A DNA stretch of 64,000 bases from an uncultured Ruminococcus sp. (GTDB lineage Bacteria > Bacillota > Clostridia > Oscillospirales > CAG-272): positions 11,887-75,886 of the forward strand of contig CAYXBQ010000009.1 of assembly GCA_964463375.1 (NCBI GenBank). The letters run 5' to 3'. The first letter of the stretch is position 1. Each line of letters begins with the position of its first letter. The position numbers and the translations under genes were made by a program. The notes under the pieces are model-generated. The model made no database searches. It was not told the DNA's origin and saw only the letters and a list, made by a program, of their open reading frames with translations. Shown piece by piece: positions 1 through 8,671 of this stretch.

Positions 1-1233
1 GTTGTGTTCACCGCCAACAAGCAGATCCTGACCTTTGCAGAATCTGCCGAAGCCTTTGCCGAGCTGAAGTCTCCCCTGTCTCCCGACCACATCGTATACT
101 GCAAGGCTGAGCCCCTGTTCATCGAAGACTTCGCACCCGAAGCCATTCAGGCTGCCTTCAACGAACTGAAGACCAGACGTGGCTTTGCGCCCAAGGTGGT
201 GTTCGCCAAGGGCATCGGTATGTTCACCGTTGGCGCATCCCTGAAGGAAGCCAAGACCGCCGCTGTGGTTTGGAAGGACGCTATGACCATCACCGTATTT
301 GCCCGCAACTTCGGTGGCGTACGGCACATGGCTCCCGCTATGGTGGACTTCATCGTGAACTGGGAAGTAGAATCCTACCGTGCGAAGGTATCTCTGGCTG
401 GTGGCGCTGCCAAGGCTCTGGCTGGTAAGACTGCCATCGTCACCGGTTCTGCACAGGGCTTTGGTGCCGGTATCGCCGAATACCTGGCCAAGGAAGGCGC
501 CAACGTGGTCATCGCCGACATGAACGCCGCCGGTGCTGCTGCTACTGCTGAAAAGCTGGCCGCTGCCTATGGCGTAGGCACGCTGGCTGTGTCTGCCAAC
601 GTATCCGACGAAGCAAGCGTAGAAAACATGATGAACGAAACCGTTCTGGCCTTCGGTGGTCTGGACATTTTCGTAAACAACGCCGGGATCGTTCGTGCCG
701 GTTCTCTGGAAGAAATGACCAAGTCCAACTTTGAACTGGTAGCTGCCGTCAACTATACCGCATACTTCCTGTGCGCTAAGTACGCTTCTGCCGTGATGAA
801 GCTGCAAAGAGCCATTGCTCCCGATTACATGACGGACATCGTGGAGATCAACTCCAAGTCCGGTCTGGCTGGCTCCAACAAGAACTTTGCCTACGCCGGT
901 TCCAAGTTCGGTGGTATCGGTCTGACCCAGTCCTTCGCGCTGGAACTGGCTCCCTACGGCATCAAGGTCAACGCTGTCTGCCCCGGCAACTTCCTGAACG
1001 GTCCCCTGTGGTCTGACCCGGAAAAGGGCCTGTTCGTACAGTACCTGAACGCCGGCAAGGTGCCCGGTGCCAAGACCGTGGAAGACGTGAAGAAGTTCTA
1101 CGAATCCAAGGTGCCGCTGGGACGTGGCTGCGAGATCGAGGACGTTGCCAAGGCCGTGCTGTACATCATTTCCCAGAAGTACGAGACCGGACAGGCTGTT
1201 CCTGTGACCGGCGGTCAGGAAATGCTGAAGTAA
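1..1233 (+). CDS. Bifunctional class II aldolase / short-chain dehydrogenase (rhamnulose-1-phosphate aldolase/alcohol dehydrogenase-like). C-terminal part only; the 5' end lies outside the window.
   Basis: The ORF is open to the window edge. The N-terminal part resembles the end of a class II aldolase/adducin domain. SDR motifs follow: TGSAQGFG (Rossmann), NNAG and YAGSK (YxxxK). Codon usage looks like a highly expressed gene. Confidence 0.8.
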   Translation, partial: VVFTANKQILTFAESAEAFAELKSPLSPDHIVYCKAEPLFIEDFAPEAIQAAFNELKTRRGFAPKVVFAKGIGMFTVGASLKEAKTAAVVWKDAMTITVFARNFGGVRHMAPAMVDFIVNWEVESYRAKVSLAGGAAKALAGKTAIVTGSAQGFGAGIAEYLAKEGANVVIADMNAAGAAATAEKLAAAYGVGTLAVSANVSDEASVENMMNETVLAFGGLDIFVNNAGIVRAGSLEEMTKSNFELVAAVNYTAYFLCAKYASAVMKLQRAIAPDYMTDIVEINSKSGLAGSNKNFAYAGSKFGGIGLTQSFALELAPYGIKVNAVCPGNFLNGPLWSDPEKGLFVQYLNAGKVPGAKTVEDVKKFYESKVPLGRGCEIEDVAKAVLYIISQKYETGQAVPVTGGQEMLK

Positions 1234-1250
1234 TTTGATTCTACATATGA

Positions 1251-1285
1251 AAAAGATACAGATGTAACAGTCTGTATCTTTTTTT
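1251..1285 (+). terminator. Rho-independent terminator after the aldolase/SDR gene
   Basis: Stem AAGATACAG (1253-1261) pairs with CTGTATCTT (1272-1280). The loop is 10 nt and a T-run follows. Confidence 0.7.
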
Positions 1286-1328
1286 ATATACAAAAGCGAT
1301 AAAATTGTCAAAACATCCATTTCTATCC

Positions 1329-1367
1329 TTGACAACGGCGGCAAAATCCGGTATACTATACATAGTA
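1329..1367 (+). promoter_or_regulatory. Sigma-A-type promoter with an overlapping inverted repeat, a candidate autoregulatory operator
   Basis: TTGACA (1329-1334), a 17-nt spacer, then TATACT (1352-1357). The inverted repeat TACTAT-AC-ATAGTA (1354-1367) overlaps the -10 and resembles the TACAnnTGTA-type boxes of BlaI/CopY repressors. Confidence 0.5.
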
Positions 1368-1394
1368 CCGGAGCATACAGCAGGAGGGATACAG

Positions 1395-1736
1395 ATGCAG
1401 GAACGTCAATCGATGGGAAATATCACCGATGCCGAATGGTGCATATTGCAGACACTTTGGCAGTTTCCGGAAGAGCGTGGCATGACGCTGGGGGAGGTGG
1501 CCTGTGGTCTGGCGGAGAAACAGCAGTGGACCCACGCCACGATCCGCACGCTGCTATTGCGTATGGAGGAAAAAGCGCTCATCCGGGTGGATCGACAGCA
1601 TAGCGTGTTCCTGTATGCGCCCTGCTACACCGAAGAAGCCTGCGTGCAGTCTCAGCTGACGGTGCTGGTGGAGCGGGTCTTTGGGGGAGACACGGCGGTA
1701 CTGCTTGCCATTTTGCGGCAGAAGCTCGAGGAATAA
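1395..1736 (+). CDS. BlaI/MecI/CopY-family winged-helix transcriptional repressor
   Basis: The N-terminal winged-helix signature (ITDAEWCILQTLW ... TIRTLLLRMEEKALI) and the ~113-aa size are typical of the family. AGGAGG lies 6 nt upstream of ATG 1395. Confidence 0.8.
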   Translation: MQERQSMGNITDAEWCILQTLWQFPEERGMTLGEVACGLAEKQQWTHATIRTLLLRMEEKALIRVDRQHSVFLYAPCYTEEACVQSQLTVLVERVFGGDTAVLLAILRQKLEE

Positions 1737-1754
1737 AGCATAGGAAAGCGGGCA

Positions 1755-2954
1755 TCACACCTGCTTTTTTTGTATGCCAAAGTTTTGCATGAGCAGGGTC
1801 CACAGCGCCGGATAGGGCCGCATCAGGTCCCACACGCTGATACCGGGTATGCCATAGCGGGGCAGCAGCGACAACCGAGCGAGGGTACTGCGTGGGTCCT
1901 GGAACCACACCACATGCTCTATGGCATCCCGAAAGGTGCTGGGGCGGTCGTAGTAGCGATAGGTGGGCGCATCTATGGTGGAGTCATAGCCGATGGCAGC
2001 CTCCTTCTCCCACGCCATGGCAACCGCAGCACCGTTGTCCAGCACCCGTGCCTTTGTCTTCCCACGCACATAGGGCAGTGGCCAGTCCAAGCCATAGTTG
2101 GGCATGCCCAAAAGCAGCTTCTCCGGCGGGCACTTTGCCACCACAGCATCCAGCACCCGGCATACCTCCGGCAAGGGGGATACCGTACCCGGTGCAGCGT
2201 AGGTGTGTCCCCACGGTCGAGCCTGTACCAGCGTATGTACGGCAGAACCGGTGTCCTCCGGCCCATAAGGCACAAAGACCTCCTGTTCTCCCAGCGCCGC
2301 CTGTAGCCGCTCAACAAACCTGCCGCAGCCGCTTGCCGCAACGACCACACCGCCGCAGCCACCCTCCCACACCAGCTTTACCGCATTCTCGATCCATTTT
2401 GCTTGCGTATCTTCGTCTGCCGAAAGCGATTCCGACTGTGCCTGTGACAACACCGGCAGCGGTACGGTACCGTAGGCTCGTGCCAACGCAAACAACTCCT
2501 CCATGTTTCCAGCCGGGGGAAGGATGCTGCCGTCCGGACGCAGGCTGTAGCCGCAGAGGGATAGGTAGGTCAAATAGGGCAGGGTCTGGCGCAGGAGCGT
2601 GCGGTCGATGGTGGGATAGGCGTACCCATGGACCAGCAAGGGTGCGTGCTGCGGCGGTGCATAGACGATGTTCAGCACTTGTCCGGGAAAGATCTGCGGA
2701 CTGCCGAATAGTTGTGGGTTGTATTGGTATAGGGATAATAGAGTCCTGTCGTAGGCAGCGGCAATGCTTGCCAAAGTCTCCCCGCCACGGACCGTGTGGG
2801 TGCAGGTGGGAAATAGGACAAGCAGCCCTTGCCCCACTGCCAGCTTGCCCGGCTCTTCTAAGAGATTGTCGGTGATCAGGCGGGTGGGGGGAATGCCATA
2901 GTGCCGGGCGATGGTGAACACGGTGTCCCCACGGGAAACGGTATGGATCTGCAT
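1755..2954 (-). CDS. LysM-LysM-GH18 protein, homologous to the spore peptidoglycan hydrolases YaaH/SleL
   Basis: Two N-terminal LysM repeats (VSRGDTVFTIARHYGI, VRGGETLASIAAAYD) precede a GH18 chitinase-like fold (LLLGMPNYGLDW, VVWFQDPRS). GGGAGG lies 7 nt upstream of ATG 2954. Confidence 0.8.
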   Translation of the reverse strand: MQIHTVSRGDTVFTIARHYGIPPTRLITDNLLEEPGKLAVGQGLLVLFPTCTHTVRGGETLASIAAAYDRTLLSLYQYNPQLFGSPQIFPGQVLNIVYAPPQHAPLLVHGYAYPTIDRTLLRQTLPYLTYLSLCGYSLRPDGSILPPAGNMEELFALARAYGTVPLPVLSQAQSESLSADEDTQAKWIENAVKLVWEGGCGGVVVAASGCGRFVERLQAALGEQEVFVPYGPEDTGSAVHTLVQARPWGHTYAAPGTVSPLPEVCRVLDAVVAKCPPEKLLLGMPNYGLDWPLPYVRGKTKARVLDNGAAVAMAWEKEAAIGYDSTIDAPTYRYYDRPSTFRDAIEHVVWFQDPRSTLARLSLLPRYGIPGISVWDLMRPYPALWTLLMQNFGIQKKQV

Positions 2955-3097
2955 AGATTGACCTCCCAAACGATAGATGTCTTCCCATCATCGTATGCAC
3001 AGAAGCGGAAAATTAGAACGACAAAGCCATATTTTACATCGCATAAAGGACCACTGTATGGGGCATACTGAGCGTATCACAAGAGATGAGGTGCGAT

Positions 3098-4354
3098 ATG
3101 CAATTTTGGAAACAAACGAAGATCGAAACGGTACACGCCCGTGAGGTGTTGGACTCCCGTGGCAATCCCACCGTAGAAGCCATCGTCCGGCTGGAAAACG
3201 GCATTGTGGGCTGTGCCAAAGCACCCTCCGGTGCTTCAACCGGCACATACGAAGCGGTGGAGCTGCGGGATGGAGACAGCAAGCGGTACGGCGGCAAAGG
3301 GGTGCTGACAGCGGTAGACAACGTGCGGCGGGAGATCGCACCGGCACTGCGGGGCATGGGACTTTGCCAACGCTGCATCGATGAGACTATGTGCCAACTG
3401 GATGGTTCGGAAAACAAAAGCCGCTTGGGTGCCAATGGTATTTTGGCGGTATCTCTGGCAGCAGCCAAAGCGGGAGCCGCCTGGCAGGGTGTGCCGCTGT
3501 ACCGCTATGTGGGCGGGATCCAGGCGAATCGGTTGCCCATCCCCATGCTGAATATCCTCAACGGCGGTGCCCACGCTGCCAACAACATCGACGTGCAGGA
3601 GTTCATGATCCTGCCCTCCGGCTTTACGACCTTCCGAGAGAGACTGCGGGCAGGGGTGGAGATCTACCATGTGCTGGGGCGAAAGCTGCGGGGCATGGGC
3701 AAGAACACCGGTGTGGGCGACGAAGGTGGGTTTGCACCGGACATGCGGGATGCCGAGGAGGCACTCACTGCCATCGTGGATGCCATAAACGAAGCCGGGT
3801 ATACCACAGAACAGGTGCAGATCGGCCTGGACGTGGCGGCATCGGAATGGGCAGGAGCAGAGGTGGGGCAGTACACCTTCCCCAAGGCCGGGGGCAAAGT
3901 GGACGCCGTGGAGCTGGTGAACTGGTATAGTCGGCTGTGCGAACGGTTTCCGATCGTGTCGATCGAGGACGGACTGGGGGAGGACGACCACGCCGGCTGG
4001 AAGGCTATGACCGAACGCCTGGGCGGGCGTGCGATCCTTGTGGGAGACGACTATTTTGTGACCAATCCCAAGCGATTACAAGCGGGGATCCGGCAGGGCT
4101 GCGGCAACGGGATCCTGGTGAAACCCAACCAGATCGGCACCCTGACCGAGACCATGGAGGTGGTGGCACTGGCGAAGGCCCATGGGTACACCGTGATCCT
4201 GTCCCACAGATCGGGGGAAACGGGAGACACGACCATTGCGGACCTGGCAGTGGGGCTGGGAGCCGGGTATATCAAGACCGGTGCGCCCTGTCGTGGGGAA
4301 CGGACGGAAAAATACAACCGGCTTTTGGCCATTGAGGAGGGCAGAAACGGCTGA
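3098..4354 (+). CDS. eno: Enolase (phosphopyruvate hydratase)
   Basis: Motifs AREVLDSRGNPTVEA, QEFMI, GDEGGFAP, VKPNQIGT, SHRSGET and IKTGAPCRGER..KYN. The start is assigned to the ATG after the GAGGTG Shine-Dalgarno (SD); ATG 3086 is also possible. Confidence 0.9.
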   Translation: MQFWKQTKIETVHAREVLDSRGNPTVEAIVRLENGIVGCAKAPSGASTGTYEAVELRDGDSKRYGGKGVLTAVDNVRREIAPALRGMGLCQRCIDETMCQLDGSENKSRLGANGILAVSLAAAKAGAAWQGVPLYRYVGGIQANRLPIPMLNILNGGAHAANNIDVQEFMILPSGFTTFRERLRAGVEIYHVLGRKLRGMGKNTGVGDEGGFAPDMRDAEEALTAIVDAINEAGYTTEQVQIGLDVAASEWAGAEVGQYTFPKAGGKVDAVELVNWYSRLCERFPIVSIEDGLGEDDHAGWKAMTERLGGRAILVGDDYFVTNPKRLQAGIRQGCGNGILVKPNQIGTLTETMEVVALAKAHGYTVILSHRSGETGDTTIADLAVGLGAGYIKTGAPCRGERTEKYNRLLAIEEGRNG

Positions 4355-4411
4355 GAGGGCGCTATGGGCAAGGAATATTTTTAATAAACCGTGAATTCCA
4401 TCGATTTCCTC

Positions 4412-4440
4412 TTGCAATTCTGCGGAAGATGTGGTATAAT
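4412..4440 (+). promoter_or_regulatory. Sigma-A-type promoter for the SRP RNA transcript
   Basis: TTGCAA (4412-4417), a 17-nt spacer, then TATAAT (4435-4440) with TG at -15/-14. Confidence 0.5.
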
Positions 4441-4530
4441 AACGACATCGTGCGGTGGCAGGGGTTCTTTTGAGTGAGCCTGTTATCGTGCGATGTCATA
4501 TTACCGATATCAAAATAACTCGTGAAATAA

Positions 4531-4802
4531 GGCCATGCCAGCCGGGGAAGCAGCGGGGCCCTGTACCTGCAGTCCGCTACAGCAGGGGTGGAATCCCGGA
4601 ACGAGGGCAGAACTTGTGTGGTCAGCGTCGTTTTAGGCTGCGTTGAGGAATGGGTCTTGCGCGATCGGCAGCTGTGAACCATGTCAGGTGGGGAACCAAG
4701 CAGCATTAAGCAGTGTCGCCGGTGCGCCGCGAGGCAGCCTGTTCGGAGCAGTACGGACGAATAGCGCATATGATCTTCTGTTCGACATCTGGGTGCATGG
4801 TC
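4531..4802 (+). ncRNA. ffs: Signal recognition particle RNA, long Bacillus-type (scRNA) with an Alu domain
   Basis: The Alu-domain segment GCAGCGGGGCCCUGUACCUGCAGUCCGCUACAGCAGGGG and the domain IV segment AACCAUGUCAGGUGGGGAACCAAGCAGCAUUAAG closely match my recollection of B. subtilis scRNA. The 5' GGCCAUGC pairs with the 3' GCAUGGUC to form helix 1. The position upstream of dnaX is conserved. Ends are uncertain by about 15 nt. Confidence 0.85.
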
Positions 4803-4898
4803 GTATTTTGCGAGTTATTTTTTCATGTGCAGTTTCTGTGAAGATACAGCTTTAGAAAAGTGTATCTGATAGAAATATGCAGTTTTAGGAGGCAAATC

Positions 4899-6488
4899 GT
4901 GCATCAGGCTTTATACCGAAAGTATCGTCCCAGATCCTTTGACGACGTGTGCGGCGAGGACCATGTGGCTTCTGTACTGCGGTATCAGACGGAGAACGGC
5001 AAGGTGTCCCACGCCTACCTGTTCTGCGGCCCCAGAGGGACAGGCAAGACCTCCTGCGCCAAGATCTTAGCGAAGGCTGTCAACTGCGAGCATTTGCAAA
5101 ACGGCAATCCCTGCGGTGTATGTGACGCTTGTCGAAGCATCGATAGCGGCAGTGCCACCGATGTGCTGGAAATGGACGCTGCCTCCAATACGGGCGTGGA
5201 CTACATCCGGGACATCCGGGACGAGGTGAGCTATGTGCCTGCCATGCTGCGCCGCAAGGTGTACATCATCGACGAGGTGCATATGCTGTCTTCGAGTGCC
5301 TTCAATGCGCTGCTGAAGACCCTGGAGGAGCCGCCGTCGCACGTGATCTTCATCTTAGCCACCACAGAACCCCACAAGCTCCCCGCTACCATCATTTCTC
5401 GTTGCCAACGATTTGATTTTCGCCGGATCGGCGTGGATGCCATTGCATCTCGGCTGTCCTATATTGCCGCAGAGGAGCAGATCCCACTGGAACCGGAGGC
5501 GGCATCGCTGCTGGCCAAGCAGTCCCAGGGCGGTATGCGAGATGCCATCAGCTTGTTTGAGCTGTGTGCCGGTGGGGGACAGGACGTAACGGCAGCCAGA
5601 GTCCGGGACGTGCTGGGTCTGACCGGGATCGAGCAGGTGTACAAAACGGCTGTGGCGGTTTCCAGAGGAGACGTGGCAGGGCTGTTCAAGATCATCGACA
5701 GCGTGGCAGCATCGGCAAAGGATATAGCGGTGTACTGGCAGGAGCTGACGGCTTTCTGGCGGGATATGCTGGTGGAAAAGCATTTGGGCGAAGGTGCCGC
5801 AGCTTACCTGGACATGACCGAGCCGGAAATGCGGGTGCTCCACGATGCCGCCAGACGGTTTTCCGTGCCGATCCTGAACGTACACTTTGTCCTGTTGGAT
5901 GAAGCGTTGCAGACCATGAACCGGATGCCCCAGACCAAACGGCTGACCGCTGAGGTGGTGCTGATCCGCATGAGCGATCCCCGTATGTCGGACAATCCGG
6001 AGGGACTGTTGGCAAGGCTGACGGCACTGGAGGAAAAGGTGGCACTGCTGGAGGCCGGTGGTGTCGTGAAGCCTGTAGCATCGGCAGAGCCTGCATCGGT
6101 GGAGCATACGCCTGTTGCCACACCGATCCCTGCGGAGACAAGTGCAGAAGCATCCCCTGAACCAGCACCGGTGGCAGAGCAAAATCGGCCGCTTACGGAC
6201 ATCAGCGAGGTGGCAGAACGTTTCGCACAGGCTGTGCCTATGGCAGGTGCCTTTTTCCGGGAGGCAGACTGCTCTATCGCACCGGATGGGTGCACGGTCT
6301 ATGTGTGTACCGAGACCCCCTTTGGTGTCCAGATGCTGTCCCAGGATGGTGCGAAGGCCGCTTTGCAGGCTGCATTTTGCCTCAGCGGGATCACGAAGCC
6401 GGGTGTGACGATCGAGATTTCCTGTAGTGGCAACGGGATAAAAAAACGCTCGCCCGTGGATGAGCTTGGCGGGTTCACAGAGGAGTAA
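4899..6488 (+). CDS. dnaX: DNA polymerase III subunit gamma/tau
   Basis: LYRKYRPRSFDDV, Walker A GPRGTGKTS, zinc module CGVCDACRS, DEVHML, and SRCQRFDF. The start is GTG 4899, after AGGAGG. Confidence 0.9.
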   Translation: MHQALYRKYRPRSFDDVCGEDHVASVLRYQTENGKVSHAYLFCGPRGTGKTSCAKILAKAVNCEHLQNGNPCGVCDACRSIDSGSATDVLEMDAASNTGVDYIRDIRDEVSYVPAMLRRKVYIIDEVHMLSSSAFNALLKTLEEPPSHVIFILATTEPHKLPATIISRCQRFDFRRIGVDAIASRLSYIAAEEQIPLEPEAASLLAKQSQGGMRDAISLFELCAGGGQDVTAARVRDVLGLTGIEQVYKTAVAVSRGDVAGLFKIIDSVAASAKDIAVYWQELTAFWRDMLVEKHLGEGAAAYLDMTEPEMRVLHDAARRFSVPILNVHFVLLDEALQTMNRMPQTKRLTAEVVLIRMSDPRMSDNPEGLLARLTALEEKVALLEAGGVVKPVASAEPASVEHTPVATPIPAETSAEASPEPAPVAEQNRPLTDISEVAERFAQAVPMAGAFFREADCSIAPDGCTVYVCTETPFGVQMLSQDGAKAALQAAFCLSGITKPGVTIEISCSGNGIKKRSPVDELGGFTEE

Positions 6489-6614
6489 GTGAAGGGAGCA
6501 TCTATGCGGCATATCGCTGCACAGAGCATCACTTTATTCATCATATATTTTTGCGTAAACGATCCTAAGAGAAATATCTAAATCAAAAAAGGAAAAAAAG
6601 GAAGGTACATAATC

Positions 6615-6962
6615 ATGAAAGCAAGAGTTCCGAAGCAGATGGGCGGCACTCCCAATAATATGCAGGGGATGATCAAGCAGGCACAGAAGATGCAGGAAGA
6701 AATGGAAGCCAAGCAGGCTGAGCTGGATGCTATGGAGTATGAAATCCAGGCCGGCGGCGGAGCTGTGACCGTGAAGATCAACGGCAAGATGGAAGTACTC
6801 TCCATCGGTCTGACCCCCGAAGTGGTAGATCCCGACGACATCGAGACCCTGACCGACATTCTGGTGGCCGGCGTGAACGAAGCCATCAAGAAGGTTTCCG
6901 AGACCAACAACGAAGCCATGAGCAAGATCACCGGCGGTCTGAACGTTCCGGGTCTGTTCTGA
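6615..6962 (+). CDS. ybaB: YbaB/EbfC-family nucleoid-associated protein
   Basis: ~115 aa with an N-terminal MQGMIKQAQKMQEEM and a ..GGGAVTVKINGK.. core. It sits in the conserved dnaX-ybaB-recR position. Confidence 0.9.
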   Translation: MKARVPKQMGGTPNNMQGMIKQAQKMQEEMEAKQAELDAMEYEIQAGGGAVTVKINGKMEVLSIGLTPEVVDPDDIETLTDILVAGVNEAIKKVSETNNEAMSKITGGLNVPGLF

Positions 6963-6963
6963 T

Positions 6964-7566
6964 ATGGCAGGGGAAACTCTGGAGCCTCTGGAACGGCTGA
7001 CCGATATGTTTCGGCATCTGGATGGCGTGGGCAAAAAAACTGCCATGCGGTATGCCTACTCCGTCCTCAGCTTTACCGATGACGAGGCAAAGGCGTTTGC
7101 AGATGCGATCCTTACGGCGAAGACCCAGATCCACCCCTGCAAGCGTTGCCAGAATATCACCACGGGAGAATACTGTCCCCTTTGCCGGGATGAACGGCGG
7201 GACGGCAGTTTGATCTGCGTGGTGGAGGACCCACGGGCTGTGGCGGCCATTGAGAAGACCCGACAATACGGCGGCCTGTATCATGTGCTCCACGGTACCC
7301 TGTCTCCGGCCAGAGGGATCACACCCGATCGGATCAAGATCCGGGAGCTGTTGACCCGACTGCAAACCGAGCCTGTGCAGGAGGTGATCCTTGCCACCAA
7401 TCCCACGGTGGAAGGGGAGGCAACGGCCATGTACATTGCCAAGCTGCTCTCGCCGCTGGGGATCAAGGTTTCCCGTATCGCCAATGGTGTACCGGTGGGC
7501 GGGGATCTGGAATTCGCCGATGAGGTGACCCTGCGCCGTGCCATGGAAGGCCGATATCTGATCTGA
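6964..7566 (+). CDS. recR: Recombination protein RecR
   Basis: HhH N-terminus, C4 zinc finger CKRCQN..CPLC, and a Toprim domain (VVEDPRAV, ATNPTVEGEATA). Confidence 0.95.
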   Translation: MAGETLEPLERLTDMFRHLDGVGKKTAMRYAYSVLSFTDDEAKAFADAILTAKTQIHPCKRCQNITTGEYCPLCRDERRDGSLICVVEDPRAVAAIEKTRQYGGLYHVLHGTLSPARGITPDRIKIRELLTRLQTEPVQEVILATNPTVEGEATAMYIAKLLSPLGIKVSRIANGVPVGGDLEFADEVTLRRAMEGRYLI

Positions 7567-7667
7567 CAAAACAAAATGGAAGCAGCAGGGGCGGGCTTTT
7601 TGGATAGGCTTGTTCCCCTGTTTCTTTTTTATCAAAATTCTAAGACTGTCAAAGGAGCAAGAGACGT

Positions 7668-8231
7668 ATGAATGCATCCAACGGAAATATGGCAGAGTAC
7701 ACCGTAGAGCGAAAGCCTACCGGGAAGTATCTGAAATACAAGATCGCCTGTATCGCACTGTACATACTCATCGTGCTGGGGTACCTGAGTCTGGCGGTGG
7801 CGCTGGGTACCTATAGCGTATGGGTGGCAGTGGTGACGATCCCCTTTGTGCCCCTGTTCATCCTGCTGCTGCGCCACTACGTGTGGAACCGGTATGTGAA
7901 CGTGGAATACAAATACGAGATCGCCTCGGCGAAGATCATCTTCTACGAGGTCTACGGCAAGACCAGAGAGAACAAGATCTACGAACGGCTCATCAGCGAA
8001 TACAGCCTGATCGCACCGGTGGAGGAACAGTACCGGGAGAAGTACGAAAAGGTCGATGTTGTGCGGGATTTCCGGGGCAGCGAAAAGTCGCCGGATGCGT
8101 ACTTTCTGCTGGCAACAGAGCCGGATGGCCGTACCTCGGTGGTTTTTTTCGAGGCCGCTGAGAAGACTCTAAAGGCACTGAAATACTATAATTCCCAGAA
8201 TCTGGTAGCCACAAAGCAGACCACACGCTGA
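7668..8231 (+). CDS. Hypothetical membrane protein with two N-terminal transmembrane (TM) helices and a soluble C-terminal domain
   Basis: Hydrophobic hairpin IACIALYILIVLGYLSLAVALG / VWVAVVTIPFVPLFILLL. AAGGAG lies 10 nt upstream. I recognised no family. Confidence 0.6.
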   Translation: MNASNGNMAEYTVERKPTGKYLKYKIACIALYILIVLGYLSLAVALGTYSVWVAVVTIPFVPLFILLLRHYVWNRYVNVEYKYEIASAKIIFYEVYGKTRENKIYERLISEYSLIAPVEEQYREKYEKVDVVRDFRGSEKSPDAYFLLATEPDGRTSVVFFEAAEKTLKALKYYNSQNLVATKQTTR

Positions 8232-8338
8232 CCACCCACGCAAGCCTTGTATGAAGCAAACATGCGTGAGACATAGTATACTTTTTTGGCCTCCTGCATA
8301 TGGTGTCTCACGATCCCGTTGCAGGAGGTTTTCTGTTT

Positions 8339-8671
8339 ATGAAATGGCATATTGGTATCTTGGCAGTGCTGTTGGTCACGCTGGTGGCCTGTGAGAGCGT
8401 TCCGGAGCGCATAGAGGAGGTACCGGAGGCACCGGAGCAGCAGCTTGTCGTCCGCACAGCGCAGGGCAGCTACAGCGGCATCCTGACCGTCACGGAGGGC
8501 GTGTACACCTGGCAGCTCACCGAACCGGCATCCATCGCCGGGCTGACCTTCACCTGTACCGATACCGGCTGCACAATGGCGGTGGCAGACTTGCAGATCC
8601 CACTGGACGAGAAGACCGCAGAACACGTGCGATCAGCCATAGCAACACAAAGGAGTTCCCATGTTACATGA
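8339..8671 (+). CDS. Small hypothetical lipoprotein
   Basis: Signal peptide with a lipobox (LLVTLVAC). AGGAGG lies 10 nt upstream of ATG 8339. The stop overlaps the alr start. Confidence 0.55.
   Translation: MKWHIGILAVLLVTLVACESVPERIEEVPEAPEQQLVVRTAQGSYSGILTVTEGVYTWQLTEPASIAGLTFTCTDTGCTMAVADLQIPLDEKTAEHVRSAIATQRSSHVT

Noticed and set aside
3098-4354. Slightly atypical enolase residues (SGETGD instead of SGETED; APCRGER instead of APSRSER)
   Set aside because: All catalytic and metal-binding positions I can recognise are intact. The differences look like ordinary lineage variation.
4541-4600. A second GAAGCAGC-containing segment that looked like a duplicated SRP domain IV
   Set aside because: It aligns with the Alu-domain portion of long Bacillus-type SRP RNA (…GCAGCGGNGCCCUGUACCUGCA…). 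It is therefore part of the same RNA and not a duplication.
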